Below are positions 7,297 to 15,417 of a stretch of 32,000 nt of DNA, in pieces; the first letter of the stretch is position 1; each line of letters starts with the position of its first letter. Origin of the DNA: Candidatus Nanobsidianus stetteri (GTDB taxonomy: Archaea > Nanobdellota > Nanobdellia > Nanobdellales > Nanobdellaceae). The position numbers were made by a program, and so were the translations under genes. The notes under the pieces were generated by a model. That model saw only the letters and a program-made list of their open reading frames with translations. It made no database searches and was not told the DNA's origin. The stretch lies in the NCBI RefSeq assembly GCF_003086415.1, contig NZ_QEFP02000014.1, forward strand, positions 1 through 32,000. The letters are read 5' to 3'.

Positions 7297-7998
7297 ATGC
7301 CTTCGTATATAACGCTTAAAGCAAGAGTATATTATATAACTAGAGATGGAGGTTTGTACAATATACATGCATATGTTGAATACAACAGGGGAAGAGAAAA
7401 AGAACGTAAATTCTTTACTTTGCAAACAGAAAAGGAAATTCCAAAAATAATATTTGAAAAATATAGAAAGATAAAAGATGAAGATAAATATTATTTTCCT
7501 AAGGTATTTATAGTACCAACTCCATCAATAAGAATAAGAAAAAATAAAAAAAACATTCCTAATAAAACAGCTATTCCTTTTGATGAGAAGTTTAAGTTAG
7601 TTGTAATATATGCAAAAGACCCACCCTATCGTATACGTTTAGATAAATTAATTAAAGTGTCTAGCATGAGAATTTACGTAAGAAAGGATAAACTAAGAAG
7701 GATGTATGTTGAAGGTTTTTGTGAACCTGACGCTTTAGACGCTTTAATAAATAATAATAATTTAGAGTCAAAATCTTATAATATAGATTTAAGAGAAGCC
7801 AATTTAGATGATCTACTCAAGTTTATTAGATATGATGTTAAATACAATTCTAAAAATAATCAAAATAATAGAAATGAAGAAATGGAAAAAACTGGCCCAT
7901 ATATTTTTATTGATAAAGGTCGAAATCTTTCATGTAAACAATCTTATATAGCTCCTAAAGATATTAAAATACTTGAGATATATAAGATAAAAATATAA
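7297..7998 (+). CDS. Hypothetical protein, paralog C of the 5335..6000 product
   Basis: See the entry for 5335..6000. The two proteins are collinear and moderately similar, with an identical C-terminal 18 aa. Confidence 0.75.
   Translation: MPSYITLKARVYYITRDGGLYNIHAYVEYNRGREKERKFFTLQTEKEIPKIIFEKYRKIKDEDKYYFPKVFIVPTPSIRIRKNKKNIPNKTAIPFDEKFKLVVIYAKDPPYRIRLDKLIKVSSMRIYVRKDKLRRMYVEGFCEPDALDALINNNNLESKSYNIDLREANLDDLLKFIRYDVKYNSKNNQNNRNEEMEKTGPYIFIDKGRNLSCKQSYIAPKDIKILEIYKIKI
7923..7976 (+). repeat. 54-nt perfect direct repeat, copy 2 (3' end of paralog C)
   Basis: Identical to 5934..5987. Confidence 0.9.
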
Positions 7999-8005
7999 TT
8001 TTAAA

Positions 8006-8089
8006 TGCGGCGGAGGGGATTTGAACCCCTGGCGGATCTTATCCAATCGGACCTAAACCGACCCCCTTTGACCTCTCGGGCACCGCCGC
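8006..8089 (-). tRNA. tRNA-Leu (anticodon UAG), class II with a long variable arm
   Basis: The reverse complement reads GCGGCGG-TG-CCC..GGG-G-GTCGG-TTTAGGT-CCGAT-TGGATAAGATCCGCC-AGGGG-TTCAAAT-CCCCT-CCGCCGC-A. The anticodon loop TTTAGGT gives anticodon TAG. No CCA is encoded. Confidence 0.88.
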
Positions 8090-8098
8090 TTATAAAAA

Positions 8099-10705
8099 TT
8101 AATTTACTTTCTTTATATAAAATTTATCAACTTTCTTTTCTCCTTCCTTTAAATTAATTATTCCATCCTTACACTTCAAATTTATATCATTTATTAAATT
8201 TTTATACTTCAAAACATATTTTATTATATCAGAAATATATAAATTGGTTTCTAAATATAATTTTCCATCTTTTATATTATTTTTAATATATTCTTCTAAT
8301 ATTAAATTTAATTTTTTATTATATTCATCTCTTTCCTTATTTATTTTCTCAATATAATTATTTAAATTATTTATATCAATATTATATTTATTCTTTATAT
8401 CTAAAATTTTTTCTTCATAATCTTCAAATTCTTCTATAACCCTATCACCAGCAACAAATCTAAATCTTATTAACCCATCTGCAATTTTTTCTACACTTTT
8501 TATTTTTACTAATCCGATTTCCAATGTATTATCCAAATGTGTTCCTGAACATGCTTCAACATCTGTATTTTCTATTTCAACAATTCTTAATTTTGTTTCT
8601 GGTATAAATCCTCCCTGATATATTATAAATCCATATTTTTCTTCAGCTTCATTCCTTAATAAATAAAATTTATTTATTTTTCTTCCTTCCAATATTATTT
8701 TATTTAATTCTTTTTCAATTAACTTTATTTCATTGTATGATGGTACTTTATAATGCGTAACATCCAATTTTCCTTCATATTCATTTTTTTCAGCACCTGC
8801 CTGCCAGATATGATTTCCATATATTTTTCTTAATACAGATGTTAATAAATGGGTTGCAGTATGATGTCTAGATATTCTATATCTTCTATCTTTATCAATA
8901 ATTTGTAAAATATTCGAATTTTTATCCCAATTAACTTTTCTATCTATTTTATGTAATATTATTTTTTCATATTCAATTACATCAATAACTTTTGCAAAAT
9001 AATTTTCAAATCCTTCAATTTTATTACCATTTAGATAATCTTTTAATATTTCTTTTACATAATATGGAAAATCATAATTATTTAAAATATCTCTTGAATA
9101 ATTTTTTATTTCATCTAAATTAAATATATATCCAGTATCATTTACCTGACCACCTTTTGTTGGATAAAATACAGTTCTATCAAATATTAAATATTCATCT
9201 TCTATTCCAATTAATTTTCCAATATCATAATATTTTTTCCATGATTCATAAAATGATTTATATGTTTCTGGATAATTTAATTTTAAATTTAATTTTTCTT
9301 CTTTTTTTACTTTTTTAGATTTTTCTTTATGTTCCTCAATTAATTTATTTAATTCTTCCCTATTTATTTTTATATTTGGATTTATATCTTCTATAATTTC
9401 TAAAGAAATCCCATATGATGTATATAATTCAAATATTTTCTTTGTATCAATATTTTTTAAGTTATTTAAAATTTTTTGAGCATTTTTCTTTACTTCCAAA
9501 TATTTTTCATATTCATATTTTAATATATCAACAATTTCATTTATATTTTCTTTTAATTTTTCTTCATACCAATCTTCAGAAATCTTTATCAATAATTTTC
9601 TTAAGAAATCTTCTATATCATTTACTTCAAAATATTTATCAATAAAATAAAACATCCTTCTTGCAATTAATCTTAAATTATAATTTCCACCTATATTTGA
9701 AGGTAATGCTCCATCAGATATTGCAATATATAATGATCTAATATGATCTGAAATTGAATATATTGCCCTCATTATTTCAATATTATTCTTTGGATCTATT
9801 CCCTTTTCTTTTAAAAATTCTTCAAAAGATTTTATATCATTATTTTCAAAATCAAATAATGAAGAATACATTGAAATTTTTGATAATAAATCTATATCAA
9901 TTTCATATTTTATATTATCTAATAAAAATTTTATTGTATTTGGAAATACAATATCATATGATGTACTTGTACCATTTGTAATCCATGCAACCCTTTCTTG
10001 TCCCATTCCCATATCTAAAACTTTCAATTTATCCAATTCTATCCATTCATTATTAATAATTTTATATTGCATATATACCTGATTTGCAACCTCTAAACCC
10101 CTTATAAAGAATTCAATTGATGTACCACCATTTCCCCCACCTTCCCATTTATCTTCATGAAATATAAATTCATTCATTGGAAAATTATTATCTTCAAACC
10201 AATAGTATAGATCTAAAAAATATTGATTTATATCATATTCTTCTGGTTTTACAAATGCATGTTGTCCAATCATTACAAAACCAGTATAATGCCTCCCAGT
10301 CAATCCAACATTTCTTACATCATTAAACCTTAAACAAAATTGTGGAACAGTTAATTTTTTTGAAGGTGGTTCCGTATATCCTTCTACAACCCATGGTTGA
10401 AAATCTGCAATTGATGCAATTACAAAATCTATATCATCTCTCCATCTAGCTACAACAGGATATCTATTTATTATCGCATATCCTCTTTTATTTAAATACT
10501 TTGAAAAGCTTTCCCATACTTCTCTATATTTTAATTTTTTTCCAACAGGGTTGTTTATAAAACCATAATTTTCATGATCTCCACATATTTCCCTATTTTT
10601 ATCAAAAGTCCAAAAATATCTGCCACAAATTTTACATTTTTTTCTAAATAGACCTAAACTTTCTAAAGATCTTTTTGGATATAATTTTTCATAATTAGAT
10701 TGCAC
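8099..10705 (-). CDS. alaS: Alanyl-tRNA synthetase (full length, unsplit)
   Basis: 868 aa. It has the archaeal AlaRS N-terminal Zn-like 'CKICGRYFWT', the catalytic core 'GNGGTSIEFF', the editing-domain motifs 'HHTATHLL' and 'CSGTH', and a C-terminal domain. Confidence 0.95.
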   Translation of the reverse strand: MQSNYEKLYPKRSLESLGLFRKKCKICGRYFWTFDKNREICGDHENYGFINNPVGKKLKYREVWESFSKYLNKRGYAIINRYPVVARWRDDIDFVIASIADFQPWVVEGYTEPPSKKLTVPQFCLRFNDVRNVGLTGRHYTGFVMIGQHAFVKPEEYDINQYFLDLYYWFEDNNFPMNEFIFHEDKWEGGGNGGTSIEFFIRGLEVANQVYMQYKIINNEWIELDKLKVLDMGMGQERVAWITNGTSTSYDIVFPNTIKFLLDNIKYEIDIDLLSKISMYSSLFDFENNDIKSFEEFLKEKGIDPKNNIEIMRAIYSISDHIRSLYIAISDGALPSNIGGNYNLRLIARRMFYFIDKYFEVNDIEDFLRKLLIKISEDWYEEKLKENINEIVDILKYEYEKYLEVKKNAQKILNNLKNIDTKKIFELYTSYGISLEIIEDINPNIKINREELNKLIEEHKEKSKKVKKEEKLNLKLNYPETYKSFYESWKKYYDIGKLIGIEDEYLIFDRTVFYPTKGGQVNDTGYIFNLDEIKNYSRDILNNYDFPYYVKEILKDYLNGNKIEGFENYFAKVIDVIEYEKIILHKIDRKVNWDKNSNILQIIDKDRRYRISRHHTATHLLTSVLRKIYGNHIWQAGAEKNEYEGKLDVTHYKVPSYNEIKLIEKELNKIILEGRKINKFYLLRNEAEEKYGFIIYQGGFIPETKLRIVEIENTDVEACSGTHLDNTLEIGLVKIKSVEKIADGLIRFRFVAGDRVIEEFEDYEEKILDIKNKYNIDINNLNNYIEKINKERDEYNKKLNLILEEYIKNNIKDGKLYLETNLYISDIIKYVLKYKNLINDINLKCKDGIINLKEGEKKVDKFYIKKVN

Positions 10706-11555
10706 CCTTTTTCTTTAATAATTCATATTTCTGCATTACTAATATTTCATCCATTGAAAGTTCAGAACCATTCATAATTTTTTGTTGTATCTTTGAATAT
10801 TCTTCAATTATTTTATTCTTTTCTTCTTCAGATATTTCAACTGCTTGTTTTTGTAATCTCTGACTTATATATCTTTGTAAATCTTCATATAATTTATCTT
10901 CAAGTTCTCTTATTTTATCCTTTATTTGTTTTATTTGTTCTTTAAGTTTATTATATTCATCCATTATTTGTGTTAATCTTTCTTTTATTTGTTTTATTTG
11001 TTCTTTTACAACCTTTCTTTCATCAATATTTTTTCTAATATTTTGACCTATTATTGATAATTTAGATCTAAAAGCATTATATTCTTCCCTTAATTTATCA
11101 AATTCTTGTAAAACAGAAGATATTTCTTCATATTTACCTAAAAGCTTTCTTAAATATTTTATCCTATTCCAAATTTTCTTTTCTTGAGAATATGATAAAA
11201 CTTCCGTCTGTAAAACATATTCCAATGTTTCCAATTCCTTTTTATATTTATTTATATCTTTTGCAATATCTTTATTCTTAAATATATCTTTTCTTGTTTG
11301 CTTTATTTCATCCAGCTTTTTCTTTAATTCTTCCAACTTTTCCAATGTTTTTTGTCTCTCATTCATTAAGTTATCCAATATTTTACTATATTCTTCTTTC
11401 TTATTTCTTAATTCCTTTAATTTTTCCAATAATTCTTTTCTTTCTTTATATAAAACTCTCTTTCTAGAGTATAAATTTTCCTTTTCTTCTCCTAGCTTAA
11501 TTAATTCTTTTTTTGTTAGGATAATGCCCCTATAAAGCTTATCTGAATCAGTCAC
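10695..11555 (-). CDS. Archaeal coiled-coil protein (COG1340-like)
   Basis: 286 aa, almost entirely K/E/L-rich heptad coiled coil. Its stop overlaps the alaS start by 11 nt. The placement next to alaS and the stalk protein gene matches what I recall in other archaea. Confidence 0.55.
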   Translation of the reverse strand: MTDSDKLYRGIILTKKELIKLGEEKENLYSRKRVLYKERKELLEKLKELRNKKEEYSKILDNLMNERQKTLEKLEELKKKLDEIKQTRKDIFKNKDIAKDINKYKKELETLEYVLQTEVLSYSQEKKIWNRIKYLRKLLGKYEEISSVLQEFDKLREEYNAFRSKLSIIGQNIRKNIDERKVVKEQIKQIKERLTQIMDEYNKLKEQIKQIKDKIRELEDKLYEDLQRYISQRLQKQAVEISEEEKNKIIEEYSKIQQKIMNGSELSMDEILVMQKYELLKKKGAI

Positions 11556-11590
11556 CTTAAAATTAAATTATATATAAAAATTTATAAATT

Positions 11591-11899
11591 TTAGAAACCG
11601 AATAATGATGACAAACCTTCTAATGCTTGTTCTTCTTTCTTTTCTTCTGCTTTCTTTTCTTGCTTTTCTTCCTTCTTTTGTTCTACTTGCTGTGGAGCAA
11701 CTTGTGCTGGAGCGATAGATAATGATTCTTCCTTTATTTTATCCAAATCAACTCCCTGTAAACTTGCTAATACAGCATTTACCATTGCATCATTTGGTTC
11801 TATTCCTACTGATGTCAATACCTTTTTTATATTATCTGCATTTATTTCCTTTTTAGCTTCATGTAGTAACCATACTGCATATATATATTCAAGACCCAT
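11591..11899 (-). CDS. rpl12: Ribosomal stalk protein P1 (aL12)
   Basis: 'MGLEYIYAVWLLHEAKKEINADNIKKVLTSVGIE', an Ala/Pro/Gln hinge, a K/E-rich region and the canonical C-terminus 'EGLSSLFGF'. Confidence 0.92.
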   Translation of the reverse strand: MGLEYIYAVWLLHEAKKEINADNIKKVLTSVGIEPNDAMVNAVLASLQGVDLDKIKEESLSIAPAQVAPQQVEQKKEEKQEKKAEEKKEEQALEGLSSLFGF

Positions 11900-11942
11900 T
11901 TATTATTGTTAAAAAAAATATATTTAAAAATGATAACCTTCC

Positions 11943-13061
11943 CTATTTTATATCCTCAAATCTTTGAATTAGTCTATCTAATATAGGTTTTACTGTGGTT
12001 GTTAGTAAATCTTCATAAGATACCCTATGTGGTTCAAATGGACCATGTCTTCTAATATAATCTGCAATCTCCAGTGCTTTATTTCTTGTATAATCAAATG
12101 CTGGATCATCAAACATATCTTCTGGTCCATATAATTTATCTTTCTTTACTTGGAATCCCAATGCAATCACCCTTGGAGGTCCATCAAACCTTGTAGCTCT
12201 TGCATTCTTTAAACTTACAGGTAATAAAGGACCCCAATATGATCCTCTCATCCATCCATTTACCATATATGGAAATGAAAAAGCTTCCAATATTTCTCCT
12301 ACTGCAGGAAATCCTTTTTGTGCTCTTACAATCATTACTGGATCATCTTTTCCAGAATATTTGCCAGCCACTTCATATAATCTTTCTGTAGAAGAAACAG
12401 CAACAGGTTCATCTTTTGGATATTTATCTGATCTGGGATATACCCTCTTTATAGCAAACCTTTCTGATGTTCCAATTAATAATAATAGATCATAAATTTC
12501 TTCTGGAGAATTTAGATATATTCTTTTATGATTATATAAATCCCATACTTCAAATCTAAATCCAGGTCTCATATCTGGATCAATTACCAAACCTGGTGTA
12601 TTAAATGGATTTGCAAACATTTGAAATAAAGGATAATTAAATGCTCCAGATTCTGTTTTATCCGCAGCAAATACAATTATTGATTCTGAATGCCTTAATG
12701 TAAATTCCATTTCTGCAACCCCAGGTCCCATTCCAATTAATGAACCAGTAAATTCATTTTTTAATAAATCACCCCCTGCACCGTATAAATTCATTTCTTT
12801 TGCAATTTCGGAATTTTTCTTAAATATTTCAAATGCAATTTGATGTATTTCTCTATTATTTTCCCCTTTATTATGTAATAATATTAAATTCAAATCATCT
12901 CCTACATGTGATACAAAATAATCGAATATTTTTTCTCCCTTATATTTATCTAATATATCTGAAGCTGTTTCTTCAAATATTTCCGGAATATTTGAATTTC
13001 CTACTAAACTTCCTATATCCGCTTTTAAAACACTTATTGTTATTTTTTCTGATGATGTCAT
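11943..13061 (-). CDS. fbp: Bifunctional fructose-1,6-bisphosphate aldolase/phosphatase (class V FBPase)
   Basis: 372 aa. 'ITISVLKADIGSLVG', 'RFEVWDL', 'DDPVMIVRAQ', 'GWMRGSYWGPLLPV' and 'RFDGPPRVIALGFQV' are typical of archaeal FBPA/P as I recall it. Confidence 0.9.
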   Translation of the reverse strand: MTSSEKITISVLKADIGSLVGNSNIPEIFEETASDILDKYKGEKIFDYFVSHVGDDLNLILLHNKGENNREIHQIAFEIFKKNSEIAKEMNLYGAGGDLLKNEFTGSLIGMGPGVAEMEFTLRHSESIIVFAADKTESGAFNYPLFQMFANPFNTPGLVIDPDMRPGFRFEVWDLYNHKRIYLNSPEEIYDLLLLIGTSERFAIKRVYPRSDKYPKDEPVAVSSTERLYEVAGKYSGKDDPVMIVRAQKGFPAVGEILEAFSFPYMVNGWMRGSYWGPLLPVSLKNARATRFDGPPRVIALGFQVKKDKLYGPEDMFDDPAFDYTRNKALEIADYIRRHGPFEPHRVSYEDLLTTTVKPILDRLIQRFEDIK

Positions 13062-13157
13062 ATAATAATTTTTAATTTCATTTTTTATAGTATTATTATA
13101 CTACCTTTGAGTATAAAATTTTTAATGGTTAAATACCTTTCTTAAAAATATTTAATA

Positions 13158-14345
13158 ATGGCAAAGAGTTCACCACCTTACATAAAATATATGATACATG
13201 CGTCAGTATATATTGATGGAGTAGTTGAGAAACCTGATGTAATAGGAGCAATATTTGGACAAACAGAAGGATTGTTAGGATCAGAAATGGATCTAAGAGA
13301 ATTACAGAGATCTGGAAAAGTTGGAAGAATAGATGTGGATCTTAAAGTAGAAAATGATAAAACAATTGGGGAAATTAGGATACCAACAAGTTTGAATAGA
13401 TTTGAAACTTCATTAATAGCTGCAACATTGGAAACTGTAACTAGAATTGGACCAACACATGCAACAATAAAAGTACAAAAGATAGAAGATATAAGAAAAA
13501 CAAAGGTACAGCAAATATTAGAAAGAGCTAGAGAATTATTGACAAAATTAATAAATGAGGAATTACCAGATCCAAAAGAGTTACTATTATATTTAGAATA
13601 TTCATATAATATGAAATCATTAATTGAATATGGACCAGAAAAATTGCCTGCGGGGCCGGATGTAGATAAATCTGAAGAAATAATATTAGTAGAGGGAAGG
13701 GCTGATGTTCTAAATTTATTAAGATATGGAATTACAAATGTAATAGCATTAAATGGATTAAATGTACCAAAAACAGTAATTGATTTATCAAAGAAAAAAA
13801 TAATAACAACATTCTTTGATGGTGATAGAGGTGGGGATTTATTGGTAAAAGAATGTATGTTAAGTGGTGTTGATATTGATTTTGTAGCAAAACCTGAACC
13901 TGGAAGAGAAGTTGAAGAATTATCTGGAAAAGAAATATTAAAAGCATTAAAGAATAAAATATCATTTGATCAGATTAGAGCATATTATGAAAAATTGGAA
14001 GGAACTACTGAAGATATAAAAAATATTAGAAGCGAAAAGAAAATAAAGGATCCAATATTACAAAAATTAAAATCATATATGAATGATATATTTAAAACAG
14101 ATCAAGCTTTATTATTGGATGAAAACTTTAATATATTAAATAAAGTACCTGTAGAAAAATTGGGAGAAATAATATTGAAACATAATAATGTAGCATATTT
14201 AGTAATGGATGGAATATTAACAAGGGAATTATTGGAATTAATAGAAAAGAGTACAAACATAAAATATGTTGTATGTATAGATAGTATACAAAAGAGTAGT
14301 AATAAGGTAAAGATATATACAATAAGCGATCTTGATAAAGTCTAA
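13158..14345 (+). CDS. dnaG: Archaeal DnaG primase-like protein (Toprim domain; exosome-associated)
   Basis: 'YIKYMIHASVYIDGVVEKPDVIGAIFGQTEGLLG' is the conserved archaeal DnaG N-terminus. The Toprim block is 'IILVEGRADVLNLLRYGITNVIALNG...FFDGDRGGDLL'. Confidence 0.9.
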   Translation: MAKSSPPYIKYMIHASVYIDGVVEKPDVIGAIFGQTEGLLGSEMDLRELQRSGKVGRIDVDLKVENDKTIGEIRIPTSLNRFETSLIAATLETVTRIGPTHATIKVQKIEDIRKTKVQQILERARELLTKLINEELPDPKELLLYLEYSYNMKSLIEYGPEKLPAGPDVDKSEEIILVEGRADVLNLLRYGITNVIALNGLNVPKTVIDLSKKKIITTFFDGDRGGDLLVKECMLSGVDIDFVAKPEPGREVEELSGKEILKALKNKISFDQIRAYYEKLEGTTEDIKNIRSEKKIKDPILQKLKSYMNDIFKTDQALLLDENFNILNKVPVEKLGEIILKHNNVAYLVMDGILTRELLELIEKSTNIKYVVCIDSIQKSSNKVKIYTISDLDKV

Positions 14346-14815
14346 CTTTTTTCTACTTGATAATTTATTATTCCACTAACAGAATTATTTCCTACAGATG
14401 AATAATATAATGTTAAATATAAAATTCCACCGAGTTTTTCCCATTGGACAATTGTTAATCTTGTCTGATCATCCAATTCAAAATTATATTGCAATGTAAT
14501 ATGATTTTCTGGTTGTATTATATATATATTCTGTAAAAAATTTCCTGAAGTTATTATTGATGATGTTTGATATGAATTTTTTAACCCTAAATATGAGAAA
14601 TATATTTCTACAGAATAGTTATTTGGGTTATTTACATTAAAGGAAAAATAATTTCCATTTACGCTAAAATTTGATATATATAAATTATATATATTTTCAG
14701 GATTTACCATTTTATTTCCAACAAAATATGTTGAATATGAATAATATATTATGTAAATTACTGGTATGGAAAATGCTAGAAATAATATATTTAATATTAT
14801 CTTTTCTCTATCCAT
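14342..14815 (-). CDS. Single-pass membrane protein with a small beta-rich ectodomain (possibly LEA_2/NDR1-like)
   Basis: N-terminal TM 'IILNILFLAFSIPVIYIIYY'. 'FSFNVNNPNNYSVEIYFSY' resembles the NPN motif of LEA_2 domains. The functional call is weak. Confidence 0.4.
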   Translation of the reverse strand: MDREKIILNILFLAFSIPVIYIIYYSYSTYFVGNKMVNPENIYNLYISNFSVNGNYFSFNVNNPNNYSVEIYFSYLGLKNSYQTSSIITSGNFLQNIYIIQPENHITLQYNFELDDQTRLTIVQWEKLGGILYLTLYYSSVGNNSVSGIINYQVEKS

Positions 14816-14820
14816 AATAT

Positions 14821-15417
14821 ATGGATGAATTTAATAAATTAAAAATATATCATATGAAAAAACTTGAGGAAGCTAAGGAAAAATATTTAGCAGATCAACC
14901 TATATATTATATTCTAGATCTTATTAATTCATTAGATTTCTTTTTTACAACATCTTCATGTGCAGGTAGGATAATTTTATTAAAAATACCAAAAAGTGGG
15001 AAAAAATTTGAGGCCGAATTTCTATTTAAATCCCATTATTATGTAAATTTTTATTATATATGGAATAAATTATTAGAAGTATATAAAAATTATGATGAGA
15101 AAATATACTTTAAACAAGAACCATTTATTTTGCATGTATCTTCAAAAAATATAGAAAGGGCATATGAACTATTAAATATTGCAAGAAAATCCGGATTCAA
15201 ACATTCTGGAATATTTTTGATAAATGATAAAAGGGTAATGGTTGAAATTGTTGGAAATGAAAAAATTGAAACAATTGTATCAAAAAATAGAAAATTATTG
15301 GTAGATAAAGAATATTTTTATAATTTAGTAAAAGAGGCAAATGAGAAGTTAAAGAATGTAAGAAAAAGAATAAATATATTTTATAAAAATCTTCTATCCT
15401 ATTATATAACAAAATGA
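14821..15417 (+). CDS. taw3: tRNA wybutosine-synthesizing protein 3 (Taw3/TYW3 family)
   Basis: 'FFFTTSSCAGRIILL' (the SSC-x-GRI motif), 'EPFILHVS' and 'ARKSGFKHSGI' fit the TYW3 family. Confidence 0.8.
   Translation: MDEFNKLKIYHMKKLEEAKEKYLADQPIYYILDLINSLDFFFTTSSCAGRIILLKIPKSGKKFEAEFLFKSHYYVNFYYIWNKLLEVYKNYDEKIYFKQEPFILHVSSKNIERAYELLNIARKSGFKHSGIFLINDKRVMVEIVGNEKIETIVSKNRKLLVDKEYFYNLVKEANEKLKNVRKRINIFYKNLLSYYITK

Noticed and set aside
9415-9981. Two plus-strand ORFs (76 and 75 aa) inside alaS
   Set aside because: They are shadow ORFs antisense to a confidently identified AlaRS gene. Their products are low-complexity Leu/Phe/Tyr/Ile strings typical of antisense A-rich coding DNA.
11595-11660. 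C/D box sRNA candidates (searched for RUGAUGA...CUGA pairs, for example 'aatgatga' at about 11603)
   Set aside because: The C-box-like hits lie inside coding regions and lack a correctly spaced D box or terminal stem. No intergenic candidate was found by eye, and a covariance or snoscan-type search is needed.
12200-13075. Plus-strand ORFs at 12200..12391 and 12833..13075 inside fbp
   Set aside because: They are antisense shadows of the FBP aldolase/phosphatase gene and carry no motifs.
13732-14322. Minus-strand ORFs at 13732..13965 and 14128..14322 inside dnaG
   Set aside because: They are antisense shadows of dnaG with hydrophobic low-complexity translations.
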